From: Lama glama | Taxonomy: Eukaryota | Length of the DNA stretch: 64,000 nt | Direction: 5' to 3' | NCBI GenBank assembly: GCA_028534125.1 | Contig: CM052817.1 | Span: 89,096,001 to 89,160,000 of the forward strand | Part shown: positions 28,101 to 40,550 of the stretch, piece by piece | Position numbering within the stretch: the stretch's first letter is position 1 | Layout of the letters: each line of letters begins with the position of its first letter | Notes under the pieces: generated by a model | Database searches by the model: none | Told to the model about the DNA's origin: nothing | The model's input: only the letters and a program-made list of their open reading frames with translations | Program-made: the position numbers and the translations under genes

Positions 28101-28736
28101 CCTGAACAATCATGATTTAAATCAAAAATTACCTTCTCACTATAACTCTTTATTCCTCTTTAGAACAATCATTTCCTTTTTCCCAATCTGTTTATGTATT
28201 TTTGTAACAACCAAGAATTCCGTCATTTAAAGTTGACCTGATCTTAGACCACACTCTAAAATCAATGTCAGGTGAACAACAGAACTAAATGAAGATAATA
28301 CAGGAGAATGTAACATTCCCAATTGTTTACAAATATCTGTTCTGGACTTTTGTATTTTTCTGAAGCTTCAATTGAAGGAAAGTTTAAAAATCGATTTTTT
28401 ATTATTACCAACAGGATGAAGGAGATAATCAAACCAGGTCCCTGAGAATGTGAAGGGGGCTGCAATCAGAACAAGATGAGACAGGAAAGAAAAAGCAAAA
28501 CTGACTATGAAGGCAGGTAGGTGTATTTTTGGAGACAGGAGACGAAAGATCTTTAAAGAGTGCCCACATTCTAACTTCAGTTTTCTCTAAAGAAAATTTA
28601 AAAGTTCAGATAAAGGTAAGTAAGTTAAAAATTCAGATAAAGGGAAGTGACATTTGTAAAGAATGGAAGTGGTCTGGTCATCATGGGGAACAGAAAACCA
28701 AGCAGGTAGTAACGAGCAATAATAGTAGATGTGATA

Positions 28737-29613
28737 TACAAATGGCCCAATAGGCACAGAAAAAATGTTCAGTATTGCTAATTATCAGAGAAATGCAAAT
28801 CAAAACTACAATGAGGTTTCACCTCATACAAGTCAGAATGGGTATCATTCAAAAGTCCGCAAACAATGAATGCTGGACAGGGTATGGAGAAAAGAGAACC
28901 CTTCTACATTGTTGGCAGAAATGCATGTTTGGCGTAGTCATTATGGAAAACAGTATAAAGATTCCTCAAAAAACTAAAAATAGACTTATCATATGATTCA
29001 GCAATCTCACTCCTAAGCATATATCCAGAGGGAACTCTAATTCAAAAAGATAATGCACCCCAGTGTTCATAGCAGCAATATTTACAATAGCCAAGACATG
29101 GAAACAACCTAAATGTTCACTGACAGATGATTGGATAAAGAAGCTGTGGTATATTTATACAATGAAATACTACTCAGCCTTAAAGAATAAAATGATGCCA
29201 TTTGCCGCAACATGGATGGACTTGGAGATCATCATTCTAAGTGAAGTAAGCTAGAAAGAGAAAGAAAAATACCATATGGCATCACTTACATGTGGAATCT
29301 AAAAAAATGATACAAATGAACTTATTTACAAAACAGAAACAGACTCACAGACATAGAAAACAAACTCATAGTTAACCAGGGGGAAAAGAGGTAGAAAGAG
29401 ATAAAATAGGAGTTCAAGATTTGCAGATACTAACTACTATATATAAAATTGATAAACAAAAGTTTCTACTGTATAGCACAGGCAACTATATTCAGTATCT
29501 TACAGTAACCTATAATGAAAAAGAATTTTAAAAGGAATATATGTATATGTATGACTGAAACATTATGCTGTACACCAGAAATTGATACATTGTAAACTGA
29601 CTATACTTCAATA

Positions 29614-29652
<39 letters not shown>

Positions 29653-29675
29653 AATCACTCAACTCAGAAAAAAAG
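28737..29675 (+). mobile_element. 5'-truncated L1 with 16-bp TSD
   Basis: ORF2 C-terminal peptides (IIREMQIKTTMRFHL; MFIAAIFTIAKTWKQPKC); (AATA)n tail; TSD aatagtagatgtgata at 28721-28736 and 29676-29691. Confidence 0.96.
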
Positions 29676-29699
29676 AATAGTAGATGTGATAGTCTGACT

Positions 29700-30085
29700 A
29701 TCATTAAACTACTGATAGCTTTTAAGCACACCTTTCCCTCTTTCAGTTTGCCACACATCTGTCAAGCTATTAAGGAATCCTGAGTACCTCCTCCTTTAAT
29801 TTTGTGGAGAAGTTAAATTATATAAGCACCTTCCAGAATACATGGCAAATCATTGCCCTGGATGCACCCGCTAACCCCATAAAACCTCAAATTAGCTTTC
29901 TTTCCCTGACCTCTTGAGTCATTTTTGGACCAGCTTCAGAAGCCTTCTCTGCTGTCTCCCAGAAAGGATCATTTTGTGAGTAATAAACCTTCCATACCCT
30001 TTTGGTGGCCCGTGTGTCATATACAAACCGAGTTTTGGGTAGGGCAGTAGAAAGTTGATCCTTTCTCTGTGGGGTGATTGTTACA
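29700..30085 (+). mobile_element. ERVL-class solo LTR (MER74/MER54/LTR53-like)
   Basis: TATA-like 'cccataaaacc', AATAAA at ~29982, terminal 'gttttgggtagggc...gatcctttctctgtggggtgattgttaca'. Confidence 0.6.
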
Positions 30086-30199
30086 GTAAGATTGATGGGT
30101 AGCGCTGTGGGCCTATATGACACTGGTGAAAACAAAATGGCTATGCAATGGCCCCAGTGGCCCCAATCTACCATATGGAACAAGGAACATCTGTCTAGG

Positions 30200-31150
30200 T
30201 GTAGGTAGGAAGACAGTTGAATTCACCTAAAATTAAGATTTCATAAGACAGATATGTGGAAAGGACAAGCAGTCAGAGAGTGGAAGGTTAACCTAAACTT
30301 CCATGTAATAACATCTAGAGATTAGTAAAGTGAGTATAGGAATTGACTGATGAATACAGAGAAAGTGGAGGGTCACTGGAGAGGAGAAGGCAGAGCGTGA
30401 AGTATGTGTTATAGCTAATACCTACAAGTGATACACTGCAGTACCATCATTCTAAAGTATTTGTCCTCTACAATATTAAATTCAGATGTTTGAATTTAAT
30501 ATTTTCAGAATGAAATATACCTAGATACGGATAGTTAAATGACATATGAGATGAGAAGTAAGAAACTGAGAGGTGAGAATTTGGGTGGATCACTCCTTTG
30601 GACTTTGAAGTCAGGTAGCATGATAACTTATTTAGGGTAGAGAGAGCTGATCTTCAAGTGTTTCAGGGTATGAGATGAGCATCAAAAAACACGGTACATA
30701 AAAGTGGCCCTGTTGAAAAGCAAAGGTCTCATAGCAGGTTATGTTAAAAAAGACAAGGAGAATAAGTGTTAAAGTGGGAGTGAGGGTAGAAGGGACCTCC
30801 AAAATGAACTGATACATGTGTAGCATGGGGGATGAAAAACATTCATCTGAAAAATGTACGCGTGAAGCAGAAATTTGGGGAAAATAGATTTTAGTTGTGT
30901 TAAGGAATATTAAAGAAGATTGGAAACATTTTTGGGAAAATAGGGGAGTTATTAGCTGATGATTTGCAGTTGTAGAAAGCATCATGAATTTCAAAGGGTA
31001 AAAATAATTTGAATGATGTGTTACTGGTGCACAAAGCCAAAAGCAGCATGGGAACGGCTTGTAACTTTTTACAGGGACTTATAGGTAAAAGTTGATTGAG
31101 AAATCCAGGCATGGGAACCATGAAAGATTTAAGCTACAGTGAGCTACAAT
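30200..31150 (-). mobile_element. Decayed LINE-2 body fragment
   Basis: Purine-rich antisense L2-like text ('ggagggtcactggagagg', 'gactttgaagtcagg'). Confidence 0.45.
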
Positions 31151-31899
31151 GTGATTTAAATAAGTAATCCAGTTCCCTAGTAGATAGTAACTTGAGCTCA
31201 CGTGAGAATTCTAGAATGGCCACACAGTGTGCTAGACAATATGACAGTGGTGATGTGAAAGGACATTCCTAATATTCCACAGGACAAATGTCCTCAGACA
31301 GCCAGGGCAGGTGGCATTATTTCTTGGATGCCCTAAGGAACAAACTTCACGCTATTTGAAGGGACTATGAACAGCTTGTAAAGGAACTTCAGCTTGGGGT
31401 TCACTGAGAAGCTAAGACAAGAAATGTTATATTTGTTTGCAGGACAGCTTCCCTGCCATGGGGGACTAGAAAAGGCTGGGGAAACAGTGGATACAGTAAA
31501 GGTAATGATGAGGCTTAGTCTGGTCTTTGTATTGCCAGAACCTAGCACGTGATTTGAGAAATGATAATGATTTGATAAAACAAACTAATAAAAGAAAAGC
31601 CTTATTTGTATTTTAGATTTGAAAAAAAACTATCAAAATATTTTTAAAAATTTAAACTTCAGTAGAAAGAAGAAAACTGAGTGGGACTAAAGCCTTAAAG
31701 AGCAAGTACTATAATGAGATTTATTTTTATTTCATATACACATGTGCATGTATATATGTGTATACATGCATGTGAGTATGTATGCACACACATATATGTA
31801 TAAATGCATATAGCTTACAAAATAATGAAATTACATACTATCTAAACAGTTTAAAACATATTCTGTTACTATTGTCTTTGAACTCCCAACTGTGCCCCA

Positions 31900-32850
31900 A
31901 TCACATCTTACTGCTCTCATCTCTCTATTCTGAATAATGTGTGAGTGATTCCCACCTGGTCCTAGCTGGCAAGTCAGTTGTATGTGAAAAAGTAGCAGCT
32001 TATTCCTTTGGGGAGACATCCCTCACTAAACTGCCTGAAGCAAATTCTGTGTTTCAGTGGGCTTTCCCCTAAACACCAGGGCATGGTTAACTAAAAACCT
32101 AAACTCTGAACATGTCCACTAGGCTGTTGTGACTGCTCAGCCTCAGTGCCAGACATGCAGATCCAAAAGGGATGCAGTTGTTCTACTCTGTGGGTGGGAT
32201 TTCAGGCAATTCTCCTAGCACTGATCTATGTTCCCCCTTCTTGATGAATCTGGAGAGAGTTTTACTGACTCTTGAAATGCTGCCAGATAGTCTAACTACC
32301 TACTTGGTCTGCCATTTAGAAAACTAAAAGTTAATGATTAAAAACATCTTTATTTTGGATCCCATGAAATATGGAGAAAGAATGACAGACACTGATTGAA
32401 CAGTGTGGGTCACTCATGTAGATGCCTACAGCATGGACCTTTTCTGTGAAGACATCAACTGGAATCAAGATGTGGATGGCACCCGCAGGACTCAGATTGC
32501 CACCATTGCTGCCTGGATCCATCTGTAACAGAAATGGCAACATTTCCACTATCAGAGACTGGGCCAAAAGTAAAGCGCTCTCGGTTTCAAATGTAGGGGC
32601 TACCACTCCTTACCAGTCTCATGATTCCTGCTGAAGTTGACTGGGTGTCCTGCAGTGAGGAAAGGCTTCACTGCAAAGTGTGGGCCTTGCCTGGTCCCCT
32701 GGCAGACTGACTACCTCAGACCTTCCATCATTTTTCTCAGGACTGTCAGCAGTGGGTCACTACTGTTGACAACTTTTCTGATTAGAGTCTCTCTGGTCCA
32801 GTCTTTGATTAGTCACGTTGATAGGGAATATTTCTAAGGATGCTATCTGG
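31900..32850 (+). mobile_element. Ancient ERVL (class III) internal pol remnant: RNase H to integrase
   Basis: WVTHVDAY at 32406 (RNase H 'HV(N/D)AH' motif), then 'IAAWIH..STIRDWAK', then WQTDYLRP at 32700 (integrase 'WQxDYIGP'); frames are disrupted. Confidence 0.75.
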
Positions 32851-33374
32851 TAGGTTTTATTTGTGTAAATTTTATCAGATTAATACATTGTCTTCCATTC
32901 TAGGTACACTAAGGATAATGTTAAGGGTTTTCTCTGAGATAAAAATATAAAGGGGTCCTTAATATTGATCTCTGTTATCAGTTATCCTATTCATCAGTTT
33001 GTAGAAAGTACAAACAGGGACCTTGTGTACAAACAAGAAACATGTATAGTTTATATATATTAAAAATACTTCATTAACTTTTCATCTGTAATTTTATTTT
33101 TGCCTTTACTTCTATTCTATATAAGCAGCAGGCCATATTTCAAGTGCTTTATCCCTCTAGTTGGAAGAAAGCTCACTTGTTTTGGAGTGCCCATGCTTTT
33201 TCATTTCAACACCAGCTCAGGAAAGTGCTCCTTTGTATTAATGTGAACCAACAAATAGCAATACTCTATTGTGTTTGATTTTACAAGGCATGGAATTGAG
33301 ACTCAAAATCCTGATTTTGACTGCCACTGACCTGTGGTCTTAAAAGTGTCCTCAAATGGAATTATTTCCTTCTA

Positions 33375-33905
33375 TAACAGCTATCTATTGCTAAAATAAT
33401 GATGCAAATCAAATAAGCATTAAGTGTTAGTGATGTACAACAACAAACAGTTATTTAGCTCATGAGTCAGTTATGATTCATTAGTTCTGGGCTGGGCTTA
33501 TCTGATTGATCTGTCTTTTCCCGTATTTCTATCATCAACAGTAGTTCAGTATGGCAGGCCTGCTGACATTAACCAGATTAACTCACATAACTAACTCTTG
33601 ATTGACATATGATGACTTCACCTGAAATGACTGGGGCAATCCAGTTTTATTCCACATGTTTTCATCTTCCACCAAGTTAACTCACACATGTTATCACAGA
33701 AAAGGTAGAGGGCATGAATGAAAGCGAATCCAATCACAGAAGTAATTTTTAAGCCTTGTTTGTGTAAGAAGTTGCTAATACCCTATTGACCAAAGCAAAC
33801 TGCACACCTAAAACTGGAGTTAAAATTGTAGACACTACAAAATTACACTGCGAAAAATGCAAATAAGGTGGTGAAGTATTGGAATCATTCTGAATTCCAT
33901 CACAC
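33375..33905 (-). mobile_element. Old MLT LTR (MLT1/MLT2-type)
   Basis: 'gctatctattgctaaaataat', 'ttatttagctcatgagtc', 'gctaataccctattgaccaaagcaaac'. Confidence 0.6.
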
Positions 33906-34224
33906 CATCTATCCTAGATAATTATATGTTCTCAAGTATCAGTATTTTAAACTAATTGACTAACTATGTATGTATTTATTTGCTCATTGACTCAATAAGC
34001 ATTGAACACCTAGCCTGCACTAGACATCTTTCCAGGAACTATATATACATAAAGCAACAAACAAAAGATTTAAAACATCATCATAGTACATAAATTTTAT
34101 TAGAGTTTTCGCAGACAATAAACAGGTAAAAAGCTAACATTACGATGTTGGTAAATGTGCTAGGAGCAAATTAAAATAGAACGAAAAAATTATGGGGGGG
34201 AATTCCAATTTATATCGTGCCAGC

Positions 34225-35352
34225 ATTTTATTTTTCCAGTTTTATTGAGATATAATTGCCATACAGCACTGCATAGGTCTGATAGTGATTTGACTTATAA
34301 ACATCATGAAATGATTATCATGACAAGTTTAGTTAACATCCATCATTTCATATAGATACAATATTAAAGAAAAAGAAAACAAATTTCCTTGTGTTGAGAA
34401 CTCAGGATTTACTCTCTTAACTTTCATGTATAATATACAGCAATGTTAATTATATTTATCATGTTGTGCATTATACATCCTAGTACTTATTTATCTTATA
34501 ATTGGTAGTTTTTACCTTTTGACTACCTTCATCTAACTCCCCTTCCCCATATCTCCTCACTTGTAGTAATCACAAATCTGATCTGTTTTTTATGAGTTTG
34601 GTTGGTTTTGAAGTATAATTGACCTGCAACACTGTGTTAGTCCCTGTTACACAGCATAGTGATTCCATATTTCTATACATTTTTAAATGACTTCCATGAT
34701 AAGTCTAGTTAAAATCTATCACCATAATAAGGTATAACATAGTTATTGACTATATTCACCACAGTGCACATTTCATACCCATGGCTCATTTATTTTGCAA
34801 CCAGAAGTTTATACTTCTTAATCTTCCTCACCTATTTCTTTCCTCCCCCCACCATCCTCTCCTCTGGTGACTACCTGTTGGTTCTCTGTATCTATAAGTT
34901 TATTACTGTTTTATGTTTGTTCATTTGTTTTTTTTTTTGTAGGTTCTACATATAAGTGAAACTATGCAGTATTTGTCTGTCCCTATCTGGCTTATTTCAC
35001 TTAGCATAATACCCTCTGTGTCCATCCAGGTTGTCTCAAATGGCATGATTTTATTATTTTTTATGGCTGAGTAATATTCCATTATATATATGTGTGTGTG
35101 TGTGTGTGTCTGTATCTGTGTATGTATATACACATCAAGTGTTTATTCATCCATCTATTGATGGAAGTTTAAAATGCCTTCCATATCTTGGCTATTGTAG
35201 ATAATGTTGCAATGAACATAGGGGAACATATTTTTTTCATTAGTGTTTTTGTTTTCTTTGGTTAAATAACCAGGAGTGGAATTGCTGATTTATATGGTAG
35301 TTCTATTTTTATTTTTTTAAGAAATCTCCAGACTGTTTTCCATAGTGGCTGA
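34225..35352 (-). mobile_element. L1 (L1MA9-like) 3'UTR and ORF2 end
   Basis: Starts 'ccagttttattgagatataattg'; minus ORF 'MEYYSAIKNNKIMPFETTWMD' is the ORF2 C-terminus. Confidence 0.9.
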
Positions 35353-35673
35353 ATTTATTTAAGAAAGGTCTATACAAAATGAGGAAATGAAGATTGTAAT
35401 GGGAAGAATGAAAATGTCATTTACAGAAATGGGAAAGATTTGAAAAGGAGGTTGACCTTTCTTCTAGTTGGCCATGGCTTTCTGATTTCAAACTCTCATA
35501 ATGCCAAGGAACAGGAAATCTTATATATTGCATTTAGGCATACAAATTTGGAGAATCACTTTGGAAAATATTTTGGCATTGTCTAACAAAGCCAGAGTTG
35601 TTCATAACCTACAATCCACTAAGTCCATTTCTACATTAATCCAATGAAATATCTTGTATATATGTCCTAGGAA

Positions 35674-35851
35674 CAGGGCCAGCTTCATGGGTGTACAACA
35701 TGTGTAGTCACATCGTGCCCTGTGCTTAGAGGGGCTCCACATGTTATTTTAATGCCTTTCTATCAACGTCTTGTAACTCTTAATAGTTTTGGACAAGAGG
35801 CCCTGCATTTTCATTTTGCAATGGGCCCCCTAAATTAGACAGATAGCCCTA
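35674..35851 (+). mobile_element. MER91A-like hAT-Tip100 MITE inserted in an old L1 fragment (~35510-35940)
   Basis: 'cagggccagcttcatgggtgt...gccctgcattttcattttgcaatgggcccc' matches the recalled MER91A consensus; cctagga occurs at both flanks. Confidence 0.85.
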
Positions 35852-37065
35852 GGAGACATGTACAAGAAATGCACAGAAACACTGTGTATAGTAGTAAAAT
35901 TCTCTGAACAACCCAGATGTCTATAATTGTAAAATTAATTTTGACATGAATTTTTACATTTTCTCTCCGTCATTTTTACATATGAGAGAGAGAAAGACAG
36001 AAACTGAGATAGAGACACACAACACAAAACACACACACACGTGCAGCTTCATTTAGCCAATGAGTCGTCAGGTGATGTGACACTAGGCACTTCAATTGCT
36101 TGAAGGATGTTTGTGTAGTAGTTTTCTCTCTTGCACGTCAGGCTTCTCCATGGAAGTACATATATTTGGAAGCTTACTAGTTCTAGAAAAATAAGAATCA
36201 GATGTTGTCCCAGCCAAAATTCAGTCCAGCCGACTGCAACATGGATACCCGAATGACTTATAGGGAAAAGGAAAGAAAAGAAATGAAAAAAAAGGGGGGG
36301 GGTGACCTTAAGCCAAAGCAGAAAAGTAGAGTATCTCCTAGAACCCTTCAATCCAATTTGCCTGTCTGCCCATTCATGCCTCCCAATGCTCCCCTTCCCT
36401 GCTGGGCCAAGCTCCATCACCAGTTAACTATATCCTAACATTTTATACTGATATCCTAACACTTTATACTGATATATTAATGTTTCAACAGTAAAATCAT
36501 AGAGCACTTTGTCTCCTAAGTAATTTACATGGTTTTTGAAAAGCAAGCTCTAGTTTCCAAAGCTTCTATGAATAGGAGTGAACAGTGGTGATTCCTCCCC
36601 AATAAAATGTTGCTAAGTGATATAACATCAGAGTTCTGCTATTTAACGTGAATATTATTCTGTAATTTTCATTTTCTTTAAAATACAGCTTCCATTTCTC
36701 TGAACTGAGTACAGTAAAACTCTCTTCATAGGTTTTTTTCGTAAGAACTGGCCAAGACAATGACAGTTTATTTCCTTGAAAAATCTAAGGAAATACATAT
36801 ACAAATATAGTATCTGTAAGAGTTTTATGGCTGTAGATATACATGTAGATTATATGTGTGAGATATAAGCATGTGGAATACAAAAGCATGATGTGGGAAT
36901 GAGGATTTCACCATGGATTTATAGATATATAGACATATATATATCATGACAGACAAAAGATATAAGCACAGAAATGCATATAAATACTTTGGGGTATCCT
37001 GAAATTTTTTTGGTCATCATTCTAGAAGTCATTTGGAGAAATATAAGGTTAAAGAAATCAGTTAA

Positions 37066-37557
37066 CACTACTCAGCCATTAAAAAAAAGAATAAAATAAT
37101 GCCATATGCAGCAACATGGATGGACCTAGAGATGGTCATGGTAAGTGAAGTAAGCCAGAAAGAGAAAGAAAAATACCATATGATATCACTCATGTGCGGA
37201 ATCTAAAAATGATGTCATAAGTGAACTTACTTACAAAACAGAAACAGACTCACAGACATAGAAAATAAACTTACGGTTACCAGGGGGAAAATAGGCAGGG
37301 GGAGGAATAAACTGGGAGTTTGGGATTTACAGATACTAACTACTATATATAAAATAGATAAACAAGGTCCTACTGTATAGCACAGGGGACTATATTCAGT
37401 ATCTTATAATGAAAGGCGATAATGAAAAAGAATATGAAAAGAAACATATATATGTATATGTATAACTGAATCACTGTGCTGTACACCAGAAATTAACACA
37501 ACACTGTAAACCGACTATACTTCAATTAAAAAAAGATCTTAGAACAGGAAAAAAAAG
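37066..37557 (+). mobile_element. 5'-truncated L1 3' end
   Basis: 'actactcagccat...gcagcaacatggatggacctagag' through 'ccgactatacttcaattaaaaaaa'; homologous to the copies at 8.2k and 29.2k. Confidence 0.94.
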
Positions 37558-38498
37558 TAATATATAAAAGATAAAATAGAGATAAGATTTAGATATATGT
37601 TTGGGGTAGTATGAAAATAATGTCTCTGTCTTATGAAAATATATCATGGAGATCACATCCTCTCCCTTTTGTCCAGTTATCTATTCCAAAACAAGGGAAT
37701 AGACGTGTTGCCACCTCAATCAACACCTTAGCACAACAGTAGCTGTTTAGCGCTTTTATCTTCACTTCCCTTGTAAACACCAACTGGTGCCGTAGGAAGA
37801 GTTCTGCTTTAGAGAATTCATTCACCTTACAAATTAGTGTTATTTTGAGGGAAAAATCGGTAATCAGCAGACATTCAGCACTTAAAAATGTAAAGGCCAA
37901 AACAAAAACAGCAAAACAAACCAGAATAAAGAAGCAAGCAAAAACGACTTCTCTAGCTTTTTGTTCTAAGTGCCAGTATTATTAACTTGCACTGAGTATC
38001 ATCCCCCCCCCCGATTATTCCAGCTTAAACATAGTTGTCTATTTTCCTGATATTTGCCTTCAGCAGAAAAATCTTGCCAATGCATTCCCATCTGCAGGTA
38101 CATATGCTTTAAGACTTCTTTCTTTCAGGCAACAGAAGGTTAATAAATGCTGCTAGAAAAAAAAATGCCTTAATTTTCTTTCATTTTTATGGAAGACAGG
38201 CAGATAAATACCTAAAGGAAGAGCTCTACCTGCAGGCATGAGTATGCTTTAAGAGAAAAATCTCAAGTTTTGCAAGATGCTTTTAGAAGGAATTCTTTAC
38301 TGTGTTACTTAATTACAACCCTGCTCTGAAAAAAATGTTTACTTTGAATATTCTTGGAGTTTTTCCAATTTCTTTGCTATGTTGCAGTCTGTTTGCTTAT
38401 ACTTTCAGGAGATAAGAGAAGTAAATGCAACATATTTAAAAAAATCTTATTCTAAGATTTTATTAAAAACACTTTACTTGCTCTTGGTTTAAAATCTT

Positions 38499-39256
38499 TT
38501 TTTTTTTACATTTTTATTGATTCATAATCATTTTACAGTGTTGTGTCAAATTCCAGTGTTCAGCACAATTTTTCAGTCATTCATGGACATATACACACTC
38601 ATTGTCACATTTTTTTCTCTGTGATTTATCATAACATTNNNNNNNNNNNNNNNNNNNNNNNNNNNNNNNNNNNNNNNNNNNNNNNNNNNNNNNNNNNNNN
38701 NNNNNNNNNNNNNNNNNNNNNNNNNNNNNNNNNNNNNNNNNNNNNNNNNNNNNNNNNNNNNNNNNNNNNNNNNNNNNNNNNNNNNNNNNNNNNNNNNNNN
38801 NNNNNNNNNNNNNNNNNNNNNNNNNNNNNNNNNNNNNNNNNNNNNNNNNNNNNNNNNNNNNNNNNNNNNNNNNNNNNNNNNNNNNNNNNNNNNNNNNNNN
38901 NNNNNNNNNNNNNNNNNNNNNNNNNNNNNNNNNNNNNNNNNNNNNNNNNNNNNNNNNNNNNNNNNNNNNNNNNNNNNNNNNNNNNNNNNNNNNNNNNNNN
39001 NNNNNNNNNNNNNNNNNNNNNNNNNNNNNNNNNNNNNNNNNNNNNNNNNNNNNNNNNNNNNNNNNNNNNNNNNNNNNNNNNNNNNNNNNNNNNNNNNNNN
39101 NNNNNNNNNNNNNNNNNNNNNNNNNNNNNNNNNNNNNNGGAGTTCCGCAGGTGCTCTGGTTGGCTGAGTGGGTCTGTAGATGTGGGTCTTGGTGTATTTG
39201 TGGGAGAGGGTGACTTACAAGCGTCCTTCTACTCCGCCATCTTGCCCGGAAGTCCA
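38499..39256 (-). mobile_element. Full-length young L1 (3' and 5' ends sequenced, body in assembly gap)
   Basis: Poly(T) and L1 3'UTR lie left of the gap. Right of the gap the minus strand reads 'ggacttccgggcaagatggcggagtagaagg' (L1 5' end with YY1 site). Identical TSD ctcttggtttaaaatctt at 38481-38498 and 39257-39274. Confidence 0.9.
38639..39138. other. Assembly gap (exactly 500 N)
   Basis: Directly visible; the round size suggests a placeholder. Confidence 0.99.
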
Positions 39257-40202
39257 CTCTTGGTTTAAAATCTTGATTGATGGTTAGTATAAATATGAGT
39301 TTTTTTAGTCTCAGTGCAATTTGTTCATAATAATGATTGAATAAAAAGTAACTATATGGTATTTATGTCAGAAAATTTTTTTAAACTTGTTATTGAGGAA
39401 GTAACATTTATGCTAAAAATAGAATAGCTTATTTTGACTCTTTTATGGGAAAATCACAGAAATCACAAGTCTCATCATTAGTCCAAAATATTATTATTAT
39501 TGATACTCTTGTTATTGAACAATTCAAACTGATATAAAATAATGGAAGATTTGGAGGTAGGCCAAAACATGTATTTACATTTAAAAATTATAATTGTGTT
39601 TTGATTCCTCAATTAATTTAGAGACAAATCTAAAATTATACATTATAAGTATTTCATTACTAATAAATATTATGTTTCCATTCAGCCTTAGAACATAACT
39701 GTGATCCACATTCTCTGAATCCTAATCTCGGATTGACTTACAATGGATAAAGTGTACAGATTGATTTACAATGAATTAAAATATATAAATATTTTACTTA
39801 TTTTTTACTCAAATCCAACTCCCATTTTGGCCTGTTAAATTGGTTTGATTTTTCATTTGTAATTCAACATTCAAAAAAAAAAGCTATTTGTATCAAGAGT
39901 CAAAACATTCTAATACTCTCTGAGTGCATTATTTTTTACTTAGAATGTCATTGCAATCTTCAAAAGTAATGATTTTGAGTATTTTATAATTAATTAACAT
40001 GTTTAGTAGTGTTGTCAGCCTCAGAGTCAGGGAACTTAACTAGCTCAGAAAGAACAACCCATCATTAGTGTATGCCCTTGGGGAAATTATTTCCTCTTAC
40101 TGTTGAAGCAAACTGTTAATATATGTTGAGGTTTTTTCATCTCTAATACCCCAGTGACATTAGGAGCATTTCAGCAGTGGTTAGGGCCCACAAAGTGTGA
40201 TA

Positions 40203-40550
40203 TGTCTTATTACATTTGGGCTGCTAGAGCAAAATACTGCAACTGGGTGACTTGCAAGCTATAGAAATGTATTGCTCACAGTTCTGGAAGCTAGAAGTTG
40301 GAGATCAAGATACCAGCATGACTGAGTGAAGATCACAGATTTCTGGGTCCCAGATTTCTCACTGTGTCTTCACATGGCAGAAAGGGTTAGGGATCTCTGC
40401 AGCCTCTTTTATAAGGCACTGATGGCATTCATCAGTGTTCCACCGTTATGACTTAAGCATCTCCCAAAAGCCCCACATTCCAATGTTACCTTGGAAGTTT
40501 ATGATTTCAGCATAAGAATTTTGGTGGGACACAAGCATTCAGACCATAGG
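40203..40550 (-). mobile_element. MaLR solo LTR (MLT1A/MST-like)
   Basis: 'tgtcttatt..ttgggctgct', 'gctcacagttctggaagctagaag', 'ttggtgggacacaagcattcagaccatag'. Confidence 0.88.

Noticed and set aside
28775..29254. ORFs resembling a protein domain
   Set aside because: Broken C-terminus of L1 ORF2 in a 5'-truncated copy; not a gene.
30632..30994. 120-aa minus-strand ORF
   Set aside because: Lies in decayed L2-like sequence; no recognisable motif.
31733..31812. Alternating purine-pyrimidine tract (Z-DNA or hairpin potential)
   Set aside because: Ordinary decayed TA/CA/TG microsatellite.
29700..32850. LTR at 29.7k and pol remnant at 32k as one provirus
   Set aside because: They are separated by L2-like sequence, which is generally older than ERVL insertions, and no PBS or gag is visible.
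38543..39268. Longest ORFs in the track (241 aa and 226 aa)
   Set aside because: Artefacts of translating through the 500-N gap.
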